Positions 1-9,848 of a stretch of DNA of 64,000 nucleotides are shown piece after piece (the stretch's first letter is position 1; each line of letters opens with the position of its first letter). Source of the DNA: Bacteroidaceae bacterium. GTDB taxonomy: Bacteria; Bacteroidota; Bacteroidia; Bacteroidales; Barnesiellaceae_A. The notes below the pieces were generated by a model. It did no database searches. It saw nothing but the letters and a program-made list of their open reading frames with translations, and was not told where the DNA came from. A program made the position numbers and the translations under genes. The stretch lies in NCBI GenBank assembly GCA_017555825.1, contig JAFZFQ010000018.1, positions 8,359-72,358 on the forward strand, given 5' to 3'.

Positions 1-37
1 AAAAAAATAGGAGGCTATGATAATCTACATAGCCTCC
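1..37 (-). terminator. rho-independent terminator downstream of the 61..1779 gene
   Basis: Stem GGAGGCTATG (10-19) / CATAGCCTCC (28-37). The A-run at 1-7 reads as a T-run after the hairpin on the minus strand. Confidence 0.6.
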
Positions 38-60
38 ATTTATCTGAGCAGATAATAATT

Positions 61-1779
61 TTACTTTACAGCAACCTTGTAGGTGCGAGCACCATTACTA
101 CCTTCGCATCGTGCAAGGTAGATGCCATCGGCAAGGTGCAGTGCTGTTGCCTCGGCGGGGTTTTTATAGCGTGCTACTACTGCACCCGACAAGTCGTAGA
201 AGGTAACAACAGCCACATTTCCTTGGGTGTAGAGTGTTCTGTTGGCTACATATACATCTATGTTGCGGTCGTTCTCTATACTCTCTACTGCTTGCAATTC
301 GTTGAGATTTATTACATACGATGATTGACGATAAGTTACATAGTCGCTCCACTCGTCATACATAAATGAGCCGAATACTGTACCATCGCTATTGCAGTAT
401 ACCGAGCCTGCTACGATGCTATCGGTGTAGTCATATTCGATAGCATAGCCATACTCGTCATACTTGGTTACGCCCAGCACTTTGTATGTACTGATACTCT
501 TCAACCACTCGCCGGTAGCCTTGTCGATGCTTGTTATGTAATCTACAAACGGAGTCATTGTCATGCCATCGGCCGATACGATAAACGAATTGCGTGCGTA
601 TGCCATTTTGGGAGTTTGTGCAATAAAACGACCGTCGTTCATCACGCTCGATGCAATCATGTCGCTTGCTCCCTTAACCTCTACCATTGCATCGCCGTTA
701 TTGAGATCTATGCGAGTAGGTACGCTGTAGCTTATATAGGGATTGCTGGGATCGCCCTTTTCAACGGTTGTGTTGTAGTATTCACCGTTACCCGAAATAT
801 ACACGTTGTTAAAAACGAAACATATATTATATACGGTGCTGAAGAATACAGTGTCGAAGTTTGACAACAACTGATAATATTCGCGTATGGCTGCGCTATA
901 GTCGTTGTAATACTCAAACATATAGTCGGTAGGATCGGGCTCATCGGGATAGATGTAAGTTTCGCCGTTATTATATTTTTCTACCTCTTTTTCATACTCG
1001 GCATAGGCTGCAAGATATTCGGCAAGCTCTTCTTCGGTCATGTATTCCTTGGCGTTGGGTTCTTCACCGGGCCAGAGGGCAAATTGTGCTCCTTGGGGAT
1101 ACAAAATACCTTCACAAATGGTACGGTAGCTCCACACACCGGTTTCGTCTTGTGTGTAGATAATAGGATAGATAAAGAAGCCCGACCAGTCAACGATTTG
1201 TCCGGCGATGGTCTTTCCGTCGTCGCTCACTGCTACGGCTGTGATGTATTGAGGCTTGCGACCGGCAAAGTCGGTAGTGGGGCAGGGCAACAATTGATAG
1301 GTGTCATATCCACCCTCGGCATTGCGATCCCAGTATACGGGTTTTATCATTTGCTCGCTGTACATGTTCAAGCCTGTATTTCCCACTTGGCCCACAATGC
1401 GGCTACCGTCGGGGGTAATGGCGTTGGCAAGGTTGAGGGCTGTGTTCTCTTCTTTGACAGGAAGTGATGTCCACACACCATTTTTCCAGTAGGCACAATT
1501 CGAGTCACTTGTACCTCCAACTATCACGCCGTCATTACTTATACAGTTACCTATACCTGTGGCATAGTATTCGGTTACGGCGTCTTCCGATGCGCTGTAC
1601 TCGAAGTATTCATCGGTCTCTTGTGAGTAGATATATACATATCCTAACTCTTGTGTTGCCAACAACTTACCATTGGGGGCCATTTTGTCAAAGTAAAAAC
1701 CGTCGTGGTGTTGTGTTACTTGTGCCATGCTTATTGAGGCTACAAGCGTTGAGATTAAAAGGAGTAATGATTTTTTCAT
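61..1779 (-). CDS. secreted repeat protein (HAF-like extracellular repeats) with T9SS C-terminal sorting domain
   Basis: The track ORF 61..1812 starts at TTG. The internal ATG at 1779 gives signal peptide MKKSLLLLISTLVASISMAQ and lies 31 nt downstream of a TACTTTTG box. Repeated motifs of the type NCISNDGVIVGG / NAITPDGSRIVGQ are present. The C-terminus (..VVTFYDLSGAVVARY..GIYLARC..TYKVAVK) resembles a type-A T9SS CTD. Confidence 0.6.
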   Translation of the reverse strand: MKKSLLLLISTLVASISMAQVTQHHDGFYFDKMAPNGKLLATQELGYVYIYSQETDEYFEYSASEDAVTEYYATGIGNCISNDGVIVGGTSDSNCAYWKNGVWTSLPVKEENTALNLANAITPDGSRIVGQVGNTGLNMYSEQMIKPVYWDRNAEGGYDTYQLLPCPTTDFAGRKPQYITAVAVSDDGKTIAGQIVDWSGFFIYPIIYTQDETGVWSYRTICEGILYPQGAQFALWPGEEPNAKEYMTEEELAEYLAAYAEYEKEVEKYNNGETYIYPDEPDPTDYMFEYYNDYSAAIREYYQLLSNFDTVFFSTVYNICFVFNNVYISGNGEYYNTTVEKGDPSNPYISYSVPTRIDLNNGDAMVEVKGASDMIASSVMNDGRFIAQTPKMAYARNSFIVSADGMTMTPFVDYITSIDKATGEWLKSISTYKVLGVTKYDEYGYAIEYDYTDSIVAGSVYCNSDGTVFGSFMYDEWSDYVTYRQSSYVINLNELQAVESIENDRNIDVYVANRTLYTQGNVAVVTFYDLSGAVVARYKNPAEATALHLADGIYLARCEGSNGARTYKVAVK

Positions 1780-1809
1780 AAGGATTGATGTTATATTATT
1801 GCTATCTGT

Positions 1810-1817
1810 CAAAAGTA
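1810..1817 (-). promoter_or_regulatory. candidate Bacteroidetes -7 box (TAnnTTTG)
   Basis: Minus-strand TACTTTTG, 31 nt upstream of ATG 1779. Confidence 0.4.
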
Positions 1818-1901
1818 GTTATTATACCGATATATTGCAATATTTTACGCAATAATTTTTAATTATTGTATGCTCTTTTGTGATGCAGTCGCTTTATTAA
1901 T

Positions 1902-1909
1902 TAACTTTG
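1902..1909 (+). promoter_or_regulatory. candidate Bacteroidetes -7 box (TAnnTTTG)
   Basis: TAACTTTG, 35 nt upstream of ATG 1944. Confidence 0.45.
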
Positions 1910-1943
1910 CACTTCGATACGATACAACTACTTCAGTACCTCA

Positions 1944-4517
1944 ATGTTACGCAACATACATACACATCGCACAATATTATTGTTGCTTGTTTTTTGTGTC
2001 ACCACGTTTGTGGCTGTGGCTCAAAGGGGTACTTCTGTGGTCGGGTGGGTTGTCGATTCGCTTAGCAACGAGCCTCTGCCCAATGTGTCGATTGTGTTGG
2101 GCGAGACGGGTATGGGTACTATGACCGATGCCAATGGATATTTCGACATTCAATCGCAATTGGACTTCGACTGTGTTCGTTTCTCTACCCTGGGCTACAA
2201 TGCGCACGAGGTTGCGGTAAAAAAAGGTCGCAATAACCGCTTGCGAGTCTATTTGTCGCCCACATACATCCCGCTCGACGAGGTGTTGGTGCAGCCATCC
2301 AAGGAGAAGTATAGCAAAAAGAACAACCCCGCTGTCGACCTGGCTCGGCGACTCATTGATATGCGCCAAGTGCAAGACTCCTTGCGCCCCCAATACTTCG
2401 CGCAGCGCAAGTACGAGAAGACGGCCTATGCCATAGACCGATTTACCGATTTTGTGCGCGCCAATCCTATTGTGCGTCAAGCACCGTTCTTGATGCAGTA
2501 TGTCGATACATCCGATGTTACGCACAACCCCATCCTCAACCTTGTCGTTACCGAGAAGATTACCGACTGCTACTCGCAGCGCACACCTCGCAAGGTTGCC
2601 GAGATACCTGTTGCTGTAAAGAGAGAGGGTTTGGAGGGATTTTTCGATAAAGAGAACCTGCAGGCGCTCTCCGACGAAATGTTGCGCGAGGTAGATTTAT
2701 ACTCCAATGATATTACACTCTTCGACCAGCAGTTTGTCAGTCCGCTTTCGCAACATGCCATATCGTTCTACAAGTATTATCTGCTCGATACGCTCGACAT
2801 CGATGGCGAGAAGTGCATCGACCTCGGCTTTGCATCATACAACCCTCAGTCTATGGGATTTGCCGGCCATCTCTATGTCGTAATAGAAGATTCGAGCTAC
2901 TTTGTCAAGCGGGCTCGATATACTGTGCCCAGAGACATCAATCTCAACTATGTGAGCCGCATGATACTGCGTCAGGACTATTGTCGCGACTCGTTGGGCG
3001 TGCCCGTCAAGGTCTACGACGATGTGGTAGTAGAGTTTTCCATTGCGCGCCGTTTGCCCGGTCTCTATGCTCGTCGATCGGTGCACTATTCGCACTTTTC
3101 CTACGACGAGCCGGCTCACAATACATTCGACACTTCGACCTACCGTGCGGCACGTAATGCAACCGGCGAGCAAGGCGATGATTTCTGGCAGGAACACCGC
3201 CCCATGCCCTTGCGCCGGCAAGAGGCGAGTGTCGACGAGCTATCCTACAAGCTACAAGAAATTCCCTTTATCAAGGCCGTCTCTAAGACTATTCACACCT
3301 TCTCTACGGGATATATTGCTACGCATGCTATCGACAAGAAGAGTCGCTTTGATATTGGCCCGTTCAACACCTTTATCAGTGGCAACAGTATCGAGGGGCT
3401 TCGTCTCAAACTTGGTGGTACTACTACGGCCAAGCTATTGCCACACCTCTTTTTGTCGGGCTATGCAGCCTATGGATTTGACGACAACAAGTGGAAGTAT
3501 GCGGCATCGCTCGAATATTCATTCAATCGCAAGCGGCACTCGGCCTTGGAGTATCCCATTCACTCTATAAAGGCCTACTATCAGTATGACCTCAACTTCT
3601 TGGCACAACGATATATCCACTCTCTGCGCGACAATTTTGTCTTGTCATTGCGCCGTGCGCCCGACTACAATGCTACCTACATGCGCACATGTGGTGTTAC
3701 CTACAAGCACGAGTTTCTCAACGGTCTTTCGTTGGAGCTGGGTGTGCGCAACGAGCGCCAGGAGAGCACTCCCCATTTGCCATTCAATATATTGCACAAC
3801 GATGGCACAATAGAGTCGCACGCCTCTTTCTCGCAAACAATGGGCGAGGTGCTCCTGCAATATTGCCCCACCGACAACTTCTACTCGGCCTATGGGGTGC
3901 GTTATCCCATCAGTAGCGATGCTGTTTCGCTCTCCTTGCGACACATCTTTGCCATCAAGGGCCTTGGCAGCCGGTACGACTACCACCACACCGAGATGGC
4001 TGTTTCCAAGCGTTTCCGCATGTCGAAGTGGGGCTATATAGATGCCATTGCCAAGGGTGGTGTGGTGTGGAACAATGTGCCATACCCGTTGCTCATCATT
4101 CCCTATGCCAACATGTCCTACACCATCAGTCCCGAGTCATACTCCTTGCTATCTCCCATGGAGTTTATCTTCGACCGTTATGTAGCCTGCGACATTACAT
4201 ACTTTGCCAACGGATTGTTGTTCAATCGCATTCCCTTTATCAACAAACTTGCTCTGCGCGAGGTGGTTTCGTTCCGTGCCATCTATGGCTCTATTACCGA
4301 CAATAACTACTATCCCGAGCAGACGGGTATGTACCTCTTCAATCCCGAGTGGGAGGTCAAGCGCATGAATGGTGCACCTCCCTATATGGAGATGAGTGTG
4401 GGTATCGACAACATCTTCTCTATCTTGCGCATCGACTATGTATTTCGTCTCACATATCGCGATGCGGTCAATGCCGACATCCGCGGTGTGCGGGTAGGAC
4501 TACACGTTACATTCTGA
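1944..4517 (+). CDS. carboxypeptidase-regulatory-like domain / DUF5686-type outer membrane protein
   Basis: 857 aa with a signal peptide. The N-terminal VVGWVVDSLSNEPLPNVSIVL..TDANGYFDI matches a CarboxypepD_reg fold signature. The long C-terminal region ends in aromatic ..VGLHVTF, typical of a beta-barrel OMP. Confidence 0.7.
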   Translation: MLRNIHTHRTILLLLVFCVTTFVAVAQRGTSVVGWVVDSLSNEPLPNVSIVLGETGMGTMTDANGYFDIQSQLDFDCVRFSTLGYNAHEVAVKKGRNNRLRVYLSPTYIPLDEVLVQPSKEKYSKKNNPAVDLARRLIDMRQVQDSLRPQYFAQRKYEKTAYAIDRFTDFVRANPIVRQAPFLMQYVDTSDVTHNPILNLVVTEKITDCYSQRTPRKVAEIPVAVKREGLEGFFDKENLQALSDEMLREVDLYSNDITLFDQQFVSPLSQHAISFYKYYLLDTLDIDGEKCIDLGFASYNPQSMGFAGHLYVVIEDSSYFVKRARYTVPRDINLNYVSRMILRQDYCRDSLGVPVKVYDDVVVEFSIARRLPGLYARRSVHYSHFSYDEPAHNTFDTSTYRAARNATGEQGDDFWQEHRPMPLRRQEASVDELSYKLQEIPFIKAVSKTIHTFSTGYIATHAIDKKSRFDIGPFNTFISGNSIEGLRLKLGGTTTAKLLPHLFLSGYAAYGFDDNKWKYAASLEYSFNRKRHSALEYPIHSIKAYYQYDLNFLAQRYIHSLRDNFVLSLRRAPDYNATYMRTCGVTYKHEFLNGLSLELGVRNERQESTPHLPFNILHNDGTIESHASFSQTMGEVLLQYCPTDNFYSAYGVRYPISSDAVSLSLRHIFAIKGLGSRYDYHHTEMAVSKRFRMSKWGYIDAIAKGGVVWNNVPYPLLIIPYANMSYTISPESYSLLSPMEFIFDRYVACDITYFANGLLFNRIPFINKLALREVVSFRAIYGSITDNNYYPEQTGMYLFNPEWEVKRMNGAPPYMEMSVGIDNIFSILRIDYVFRLTYRDAVNADIRGVRVGLHVTF

Positions 4518-4541
4518 CAATTTTAAATCTCTCTTTGCCCT

Positions 4542-5060
4542 ATGTTCACCTTTCGCAATGCCACGCTACACGATGTTGCACTCATTCGCTCATTGGCCGA
4601 TGGTGTGTGGCAAGAAACCTATGCCAATATTCTATCTCCGCAACAGATAGAATACATGTTCGACATGATGTACAGTCCCGCAAACCTTGCCACGCAGATG
4701 CGCGAGAAGCATCATCACTTTCTCATTATCTATCGCCACAACGAGCCGTGTGCCTACATCTCTATCGAGCCTCTGGGCAACGGTCGTTACAACTTCCAGA
4801 AGATATATGCTCGCCGCGAGGTGCATGGCACAGGGGTAGGGCGGTATATGATAGAGCAGGGTATCGAGTGGGTGCGTCGCCAAGAGATTGAAGCTGGTCG
4901 TAGTGGCAATATCGTGGTCGAACTCTTTGTCAACCGAGCCAATCCCGCCGTCAATTTCTACAAGCACATGGGCTTCGAGATTGTCGATACTCGTGACTTC
5001 GACATTGGCAACAACTTCTTTATGAACGACTACATCATGGAGCGCACCATCGAGCTGTAG
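4542..5060 (+). CDS. GNAT family N-acetyltransferase
   Basis: 172 aa. The acetyl-CoA binding-type motif RREVHGTGVGRYMIEQ is followed by FYKHMGFE. Confidence 0.8.
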   Translation: MFTFRNATLHDVALIRSLADGVWQETYANILSPQQIEYMFDMMYSPANLATQMREKHHHFLIIYRHNEPCAYISIEPLGNGRYNFQKIYARREVHGTGVGRYMIEQGIEWVRRQEIEAGRSGNIVVELFVNRANPAVNFYKHMGFEIVDTRDFDIGNNFFMNDYIMERTIEL

Positions 5061-5091
5061 GCGCTCTTTCTATAAGAATAACCCATACAAG

Positions 5092-5118
5092 AAAAGGCTG
5101 TGCAGCGCACAGCCTTTT
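5092..5118. terminator. bidirectional rho-independent terminator between convergent genes
   Basis: AAAAGGCTGTGC (5092-5103) / GCACAGCCTTTT (5107-5118). A- and T-runs are built into both arms. Confidence 0.65.
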
Positions 5119-5146
5119 CTTATCTATATGCGATAGTATTACTATC

Positions 5147-7720
5147 TTACTTTTGTACGGCAACCTTGCTCACGCTATTGCCACAGCGCACAAGGTAAAT
5201 ACCCGATGTAGCAGGGCTATAGCTTGTTACATCGCCATCAAGTGCAATAGTTGCCACTGCAACACCTTGCATGTTATACACGGTAGCAGTTGCGTTATCG
5301 GCCTTTATGTATATACGGCCATTGGCGCTATACACATCGGCATTGGCAACAACACTCTCTACAGCACCCTTGTCGTCGGCTTTTACATTTATGACGTTCG
5401 ACCAGCGACTTGTTCCATCGGCTGTTACAGCACATACTTTATAGCGATACAGACCCTCATGTATAGGTGTCTCTACCTCTGTTACAGTATAGTGAGTGTC
5501 GGTTATACCCTCAATAGTGCGACTCTCGGTGATGCTCACTACATTCGACATCTCTTTTGCCTTGCTCACACGAGCCTTGCCCATGGTTGCTTCTCTCTCA
5601 ATACCGTTGTTGACGGTGAAGTTGTCAATAAAGATGCGTCGGTTGGCCTCAAGTGTAATTGAAACTTCGTCACCACCATGTTCATAAGCAATGCGCACTT
5701 CGCGGCTTTCGCCACTGGGCAGTTGCGACATATCTATATCGCACGATGCCGATGTTGCACCGTCTACTCTTATTGTCAGTACACCCGACTCGGCTGCCTT
5801 GTTGTAGGCATCGGCTGTAAAGCTCACTGTAAATTGCTTCTCCGTTTTAAACTTCGGAGTTGTGATATCGCCGGGATACTTGCTACTACCCAATTTCATC
5901 TTACCATTGCTGCAGAATACCTTCGAGCCACTCCATCCGGGGGTCATAGTATAGTCGTCGAGCGACGACGATATATCAAGGTCGGAACTCTCGGTAAACT
6001 TGTCGAAGTTCTCTTCAAAGGCAATAGCCGGAGCATCCGACTCCTCGATACGTTCTACATACAAGGTGTAGCTTATGGCTTCGTCTACTTTCGACCAGTA
6101 GGCTGTAAATTGGCTTGTGCTTATTTCGCCTGCCGATGTGGCAACAGGTGCCTCTACGGCTGCACCTTTACCGCCCATAAAGTCAAATGTGGTTACACCA
6201 TCGGCATAGTTGATATTGGTGATGGGCTTACCGGTAATGGTTGTATTGTATACCTTCATTTTGGGCGATGACGAGTCGGTGAGCGTGTTGTTTCCTTTGT
6301 AGGGGAACAAGTCGCCTTCCAAGTCGTATGTGCTCCAACGGTTGTCGGCAGGAATGAGCTTAAATCGTTGTCTTGACGGTGTGTCGTTCGGACCGTTGTG
6401 ATCCCACGCTCTCTTGTCATAGTCTACGGCTACTACCATCATGCCTTCGGCGGGCAATCCAAAGTCCCAACCCTCTTTCTTACGTGTTTCGAGTGTGATG
6501 TATTGGTTTTCATCGGTCGAGCTTATTCTATAAGCTGCGCTCTTGTCGCTATCCAAGAAGGGCATGGTGATTGTTGTAGGGTCGGTGAGTTCGTTCAACT
6601 CCAACCATCCGCAGTAGGCGCGCTCATAGGCGTTGTAGCCAATGGGTATATATCCGTCGCCGGCATAGCAACCGGCGTCCATAACGCTCCATGCGTCCAT
6701 ACCCATACCTCCCGAGTAGTCTATATCATACCAGTCGGGCAAGCCGAGTGTGTGGCTGTATTCGTGGCAGAATGTACCGATACCGTCGGGCTTAGTTCCC
6801 GATGAGTTGGCGAGCTCCGACGAGCAGGCATAAGCATCAAGTTTCACGCCATCAATCTCCACAGTGCGTTGTGCTCCTTGGTAGATATACCATGCATGAG
6901 GCCATATAGCATCTTCGTCTACACCACCTATATTCTCGCCATAGCCGGCATATATGGCATACACGAGGTCTACCCAGCCGTCTTTGTTCAAGTCATAGTC
7001 GGCCATGTTTACAAGTCCGTTTTTGCTGGCTATCTCGCATGCTTCCGACACCATCTCGTCGGGGTGTGCGTCATTGCCGTAGCGGTCGTTTCCGCCGTAA
7101 TACGACATATCCCTGCTCAGTGTTATGGGGCCTATTACGTCAAAGTCGGGTTTGAATTGACCATAACTTTGAGCGATAAAATAGTCGCGAGCCGAACCTA
7201 TCGAGCCATACTTGTCGGTGTAGCCCTCCTTGTTCATCATGTTATATACATTCTCTTGCGAGATCTTGAAAGCGTAGTCTTGAAACTCTACAAGGAGGAT
7301 GAGACCTCTCACTTTACCGTCGCTATCGGCTGTTTGACCAGCTTGTTGCATAGGAGCACGACGGCTCTTGATGTCGTTGTTCTTGCTTATGCGACGTGTT
7401 TGGTGTGTATTTCTGTGTTGCATGGCAATACTCTCTCGGCTGGCTATCTCGCCGGTGAAGGCGTCGCCTACTTTCACATTGCTTGCAACAAGGTTGTTTT
7501 GCTTGTCGAGTGTAGTATAACGGTAGAAACCATCTTCACACTTGGTTACGGGTGTGCCGTCTTCGGTTGTGTAGAAATGGTAAAATTCGTCACCACACAA
7601 GCGCAAGGTTATCACGCTTCCGTCGGGCTGTGTATAGGTTGTCACAGCTTTTCTCACGGGAGCAGCCGTGGCACATGTCAGTGCCATGGCTGCTATCAGT
7701 GTGTAAAAGATTCTTTTCAT
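5147..7720 (-). CDS. M6 family (immune inhibitor A-like) metalloprotease with T9SS C-terminal sorting domain
   Basis: 857 aa with a signal peptide. Zinc motif HEYSHTLGLPDWYD (HExxH). The C-terminus ..ATVYNMQGVAVATI..GIYLVRCGNSVSKVAVQK is T9SS CTD-like. About 250 aa of extra beta-rich sequence lies between the protease and the CTD relative to its neighbour. Confidence 0.8.
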   Translation of the reverse strand: MKRIFYTLIAAMALTCATAAPVRKAVTTYTQPDGSVITLRLCGDEFYHFYTTEDGTPVTKCEDGFYRYTTLDKQNNLVASNVKVGDAFTGEIASRESIAMQHRNTHQTRRISKNNDIKSRRAPMQQAGQTADSDGKVRGLILLVEFQDYAFKISQENVYNMMNKEGYTDKYGSIGSARDYFIAQSYGQFKPDFDVIGPITLSRDMSYYGGNDRYGNDAHPDEMVSEACEIASKNGLVNMADYDLNKDGWVDLVYAIYAGYGENIGGVDEDAIWPHAWYIYQGAQRTVEIDGVKLDAYACSSELANSSGTKPDGIGTFCHEYSHTLGLPDWYDIDYSGGMGMDAWSVMDAGCYAGDGYIPIGYNAYERAYCGWLELNELTDPTTITMPFLDSDKSAAYRISSTDENQYITLETRKKEGWDFGLPAEGMMVVAVDYDKRAWDHNGPNDTPSRQRFKLIPADNRWSTYDLEGDLFPYKGNNTLTDSSSPKMKVYNTTITGKPITNINYADGVTTFDFMGGKGAAVEAPVATSAGEISTSQFTAYWSKVDEAISYTLYVERIEESDAPAIAFEENFDKFTESSDLDISSSLDDYTMTPGWSGSKVFCSNGKMKLGSSKYPGDITTPKFKTEKQFTVSFTADAYNKAAESGVLTIRVDGATSASCDIDMSQLPSGESREVRIAYEHGGDEVSITLEANRRIFIDNFTVNNGIEREATMGKARVSKAKEMSNVVSITESRTIEGITDTHYTVTEVETPIHEGLYRYKVCAVTADGTSRWSNVINVKADDKGAVESVVANADVYSANGRIYIKADNATATVYNMQGVAVATIALDGDVTSYSPATSGIYLVRCGNSVSKVAVQK

Positions 7721-7756
7721 GTTGTTATATTCCTATGGTATTATTCTGCGATTAAC

Positions 7757-9595
7757 TTATTGTACGCTCACTTTCTCACAAAGTTCGCCGCATTTCACTA
7801 CATATAGACCGCGACCGGCGGGGGTGTAGTGTGCCTTGCCATTCTCTACTTTTACAGTGGCTACGAGCATACCTTGTACGTTGTATACATACATGTCGCT
7901 TGCGTGGCTATTGCGCACAATAATTTCACTACCGTTGTAGTATACTGCACCATTCTCGGCCTCAACACCATTTACACTACCGGTACCACCCATAAAGTCA
8001 AATGACGAAATCTTGGTTGTGGCGTCAAATGCAATGTTTGTTACGGGCTTACCCTTGATAGTTGTCAAGTGTATCTTCATGTTGGGGTTGGTCGATTCGG
8101 TAAATGAGTTTTGACCACCATTGGGCCACAAGTCACCCTCAAACGAATCTACACTTATATCATTGTCGGCAGGTACAAATTGGAAGCGTTGGCGCTTCAC
8201 GGTTGCATTCACCGAGTTGCTTTGCATATCCCATGCATCGGCGTCATAATCTACACGGATGATGAGCATACCCTCGGTGGGGAGGTATGCGTCCCAACCC
8301 TCTTGCACACGTGTCTCGAAGGTAAAGTAGCGGTCGGTGTTGTTATTGGCTACTACCTTGTAGGCTGTGGCCGATGTTGCTACATTCTCCATTACGATGG
8401 TAGTAGGCTCGGTGAGCTCGGTAATGCTCATCCAGCCGCAGAACTCACGCTCGTAGGCGTTGTATCCGCAAGGAATGCGACCTCCGGCGTTGTGGCAACC
8501 TTGGTCCATAACACTCCATTTGTTCATACCGAAACCGCCATAACCCTTGGTGTCGTACCAGTCGGGCAAGCCGAGTGTGTGGCTAAACTCGTGACAGATA
8601 GCGCCGATACCATACAAGTCGGTACCTTCTACGCCGGCAAGCTCCGATGTACATGCGTAGGCATCTACCTTCACACCGTTATACTCTCGATTCTTGGCTG
8701 CTGTGGTTTGACCCACCCATGCAGCATGAGGCCATATCGTGTTTTTGGGAGCACCGCTACTCTCGGCATAGCCGGCGTATACCACAAACACAAGGTCTAC
8801 ATAACCGTCGCTATCGCAGTCGTAGTCGGCAAAGTTGCACAAGTTTTGCTCCGAAGCTACATCGCAAGCATGCAAAGGCAAATAATACACCTTCGAGCCG
8901 TCGTCTCCACCGCTCATGCCATCTTGAGGTGTGCCATAGTAGGCCTCATTCTCCGGCAAGGTTACAGGACCTATTACATCGAAAGTGGGCTCAAACTTGC
9001 CGAAGCTTTGCGACAAGAAGTAGTCGCGTGCCGAGCCTATTGCGCCCATATAATCGTTGCCCTCTTCATTCATCAAGGCCGAGATATTCTCTTTTGTGCC
9101 GTTCTCGCTGAATTTTACATCTTGAAACTCAGCAAGAATTACAAGACCGCGCACCTTGGTCACTTCGCCTTCGGCTGTAGCTTGAGCTATCTTGCGCATG
9201 GGCGCTCCTTCGGGACGCGATGCAATGCTCATTTGGGCTCGTTTTACCTCTGCGTTGCGACGTACGTGGTTTTTGATAGCTTCGGCATCTATTTGTTGCA
9301 CAGATTGCAACTCTTCGCTTGCCAATTGCTTAGTATCACGAGCAACGATATTGCTGGCTACGCATTGGTTGTCTTGCATTTGTGTGTAGCGGTAGAAGCC
9401 ATCTTCGCACAACTCCACGATCTTGCCGTCGAGTGTGGTCATGTAGCTTCCATACTCATCACCATGCAACACTACGGTAATGGTGCTGCCATCGGGCTGG
9501 GTTATAACACGAGGTGTGCTGTCGGCAGGCAATGCCATGCCTTGCATTGCTATGAACAAGGCTGCTGCTGCACTGAGTAATAGTCTCTTTTTCAT
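7757..9595 (-). CDS. M6 family (immune inhibitor A-like) metalloprotease with T9SS C-terminal sorting domain (tandem paralogue)
   Basis: 612 aa with a signal peptide. Zinc motif HEFSHTLGLPDWYD. The N-terminus (TQPDGSTITVVLHGDEYGSYMTT..CEDGFYRYT) is colinear with the downstream gene. C-terminus ..MYVYNVQGMLVATVKV..GLYVVKCGELCEKVSVQ. Confidence 0.8.
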   Translation of the reverse strand: MKKRLLLSAAAALFIAMQGMALPADSTPRVITQPDGSTITVVLHGDEYGSYMTTLDGKIVELCEDGFYRYTQMQDNQCVASNIVARDTKQLASEELQSVQQIDAEAIKNHVRRNAEVKRAQMSIASRPEGAPMRKIAQATAEGEVTKVRGLVILAEFQDVKFSENGTKENISALMNEEGNDYMGAIGSARDYFLSQSFGKFEPTFDVIGPVTLPENEAYYGTPQDGMSGGDDGSKVYYLPLHACDVASEQNLCNFADYDCDSDGYVDLVFVVYAGYAESSGAPKNTIWPHAAWVGQTTAAKNREYNGVKVDAYACTSELAGVEGTDLYGIGAICHEFSHTLGLPDWYDTKGYGGFGMNKWSVMDQGCHNAGGRIPCGYNAYEREFCGWMSITELTEPTTIVMENVATSATAYKVVANNNTDRYFTFETRVQEGWDAYLPTEGMLIIRVDYDADAWDMQSNSVNATVKRQRFQFVPADNDISVDSFEGDLWPNGGQNSFTESTNPNMKIHLTTIKGKPVTNIAFDATTKISSFDFMGGTGSVNGVEAENGAVYYNGSEIIVRNSHASDMYVYNVQGMLVATVKVENGKAHYTPAGRGLYVVKCGELCEKVSVQ

Positions 9596-9653
9596 CTGTT
9601 TATTATTTGGTGTTTTAATATTATTTTGCGTGTCTCGATGTTGTCACAATCGA

Positions 9654-9661
9654 CAAAGTTA
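9654..9661 (-). promoter_or_regulatory. candidate Bacteroidetes -7 box (TAnnTTTG)
   Basis: Minus-strand TAACTTTG, 59 nt upstream of ATG 9595. Only 36 bp separate the two M6 genes, so one transcript is likely. Confidence 0.4.
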
Positions 9662-9781
9662 GTGCATTTATTTTTATTAAGATGTGTTTGTATTTAAAAA
9701 GTTTAAATCCTTGCACTATTTTGCCATTTGTCAAAAATTTCTTATTGCTCTATTTTATCCCTGTTATTGTACCAATAATGG

Positions 9782-9825
9782 CAACGGCAGGCTTGTCAAA
9801 ATCATTTTTGACACTCCTGCCGTTG
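9782..9825 (-). terminator. terminator-like nested hairpin downstream of the Crp/Fnr gene
   Basis: Outer stem CAACGGCAGG (9782-9791) / CCTGCCGTTG (9816-9825) encloses the inner stem GTCAAAA..TTTTGAC. It lies 23 nt past the stop. The minus-strand U-tract is weak. Confidence 0.4.
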
Positions 9826-9848
9826 TGCAATCGGTATTCTCTTTATTC

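Noticed and set aside
8111-9580. Long ORFs antisense to real genes: 8111..9580 (+), 6869..7807 (+), 13649..14806 (-), 44066..45100 (-), 50875..52227 (-), 48993..49820 (-), 42978..43529 (-) and others.
   Set aside because: Each lies entirely inside a strongly supported gene on the other strand. Their translations are low-complexity (V/G/H/C-rich) with no recognisable domains. They are typical shadow ORFs of codon-biased genes.
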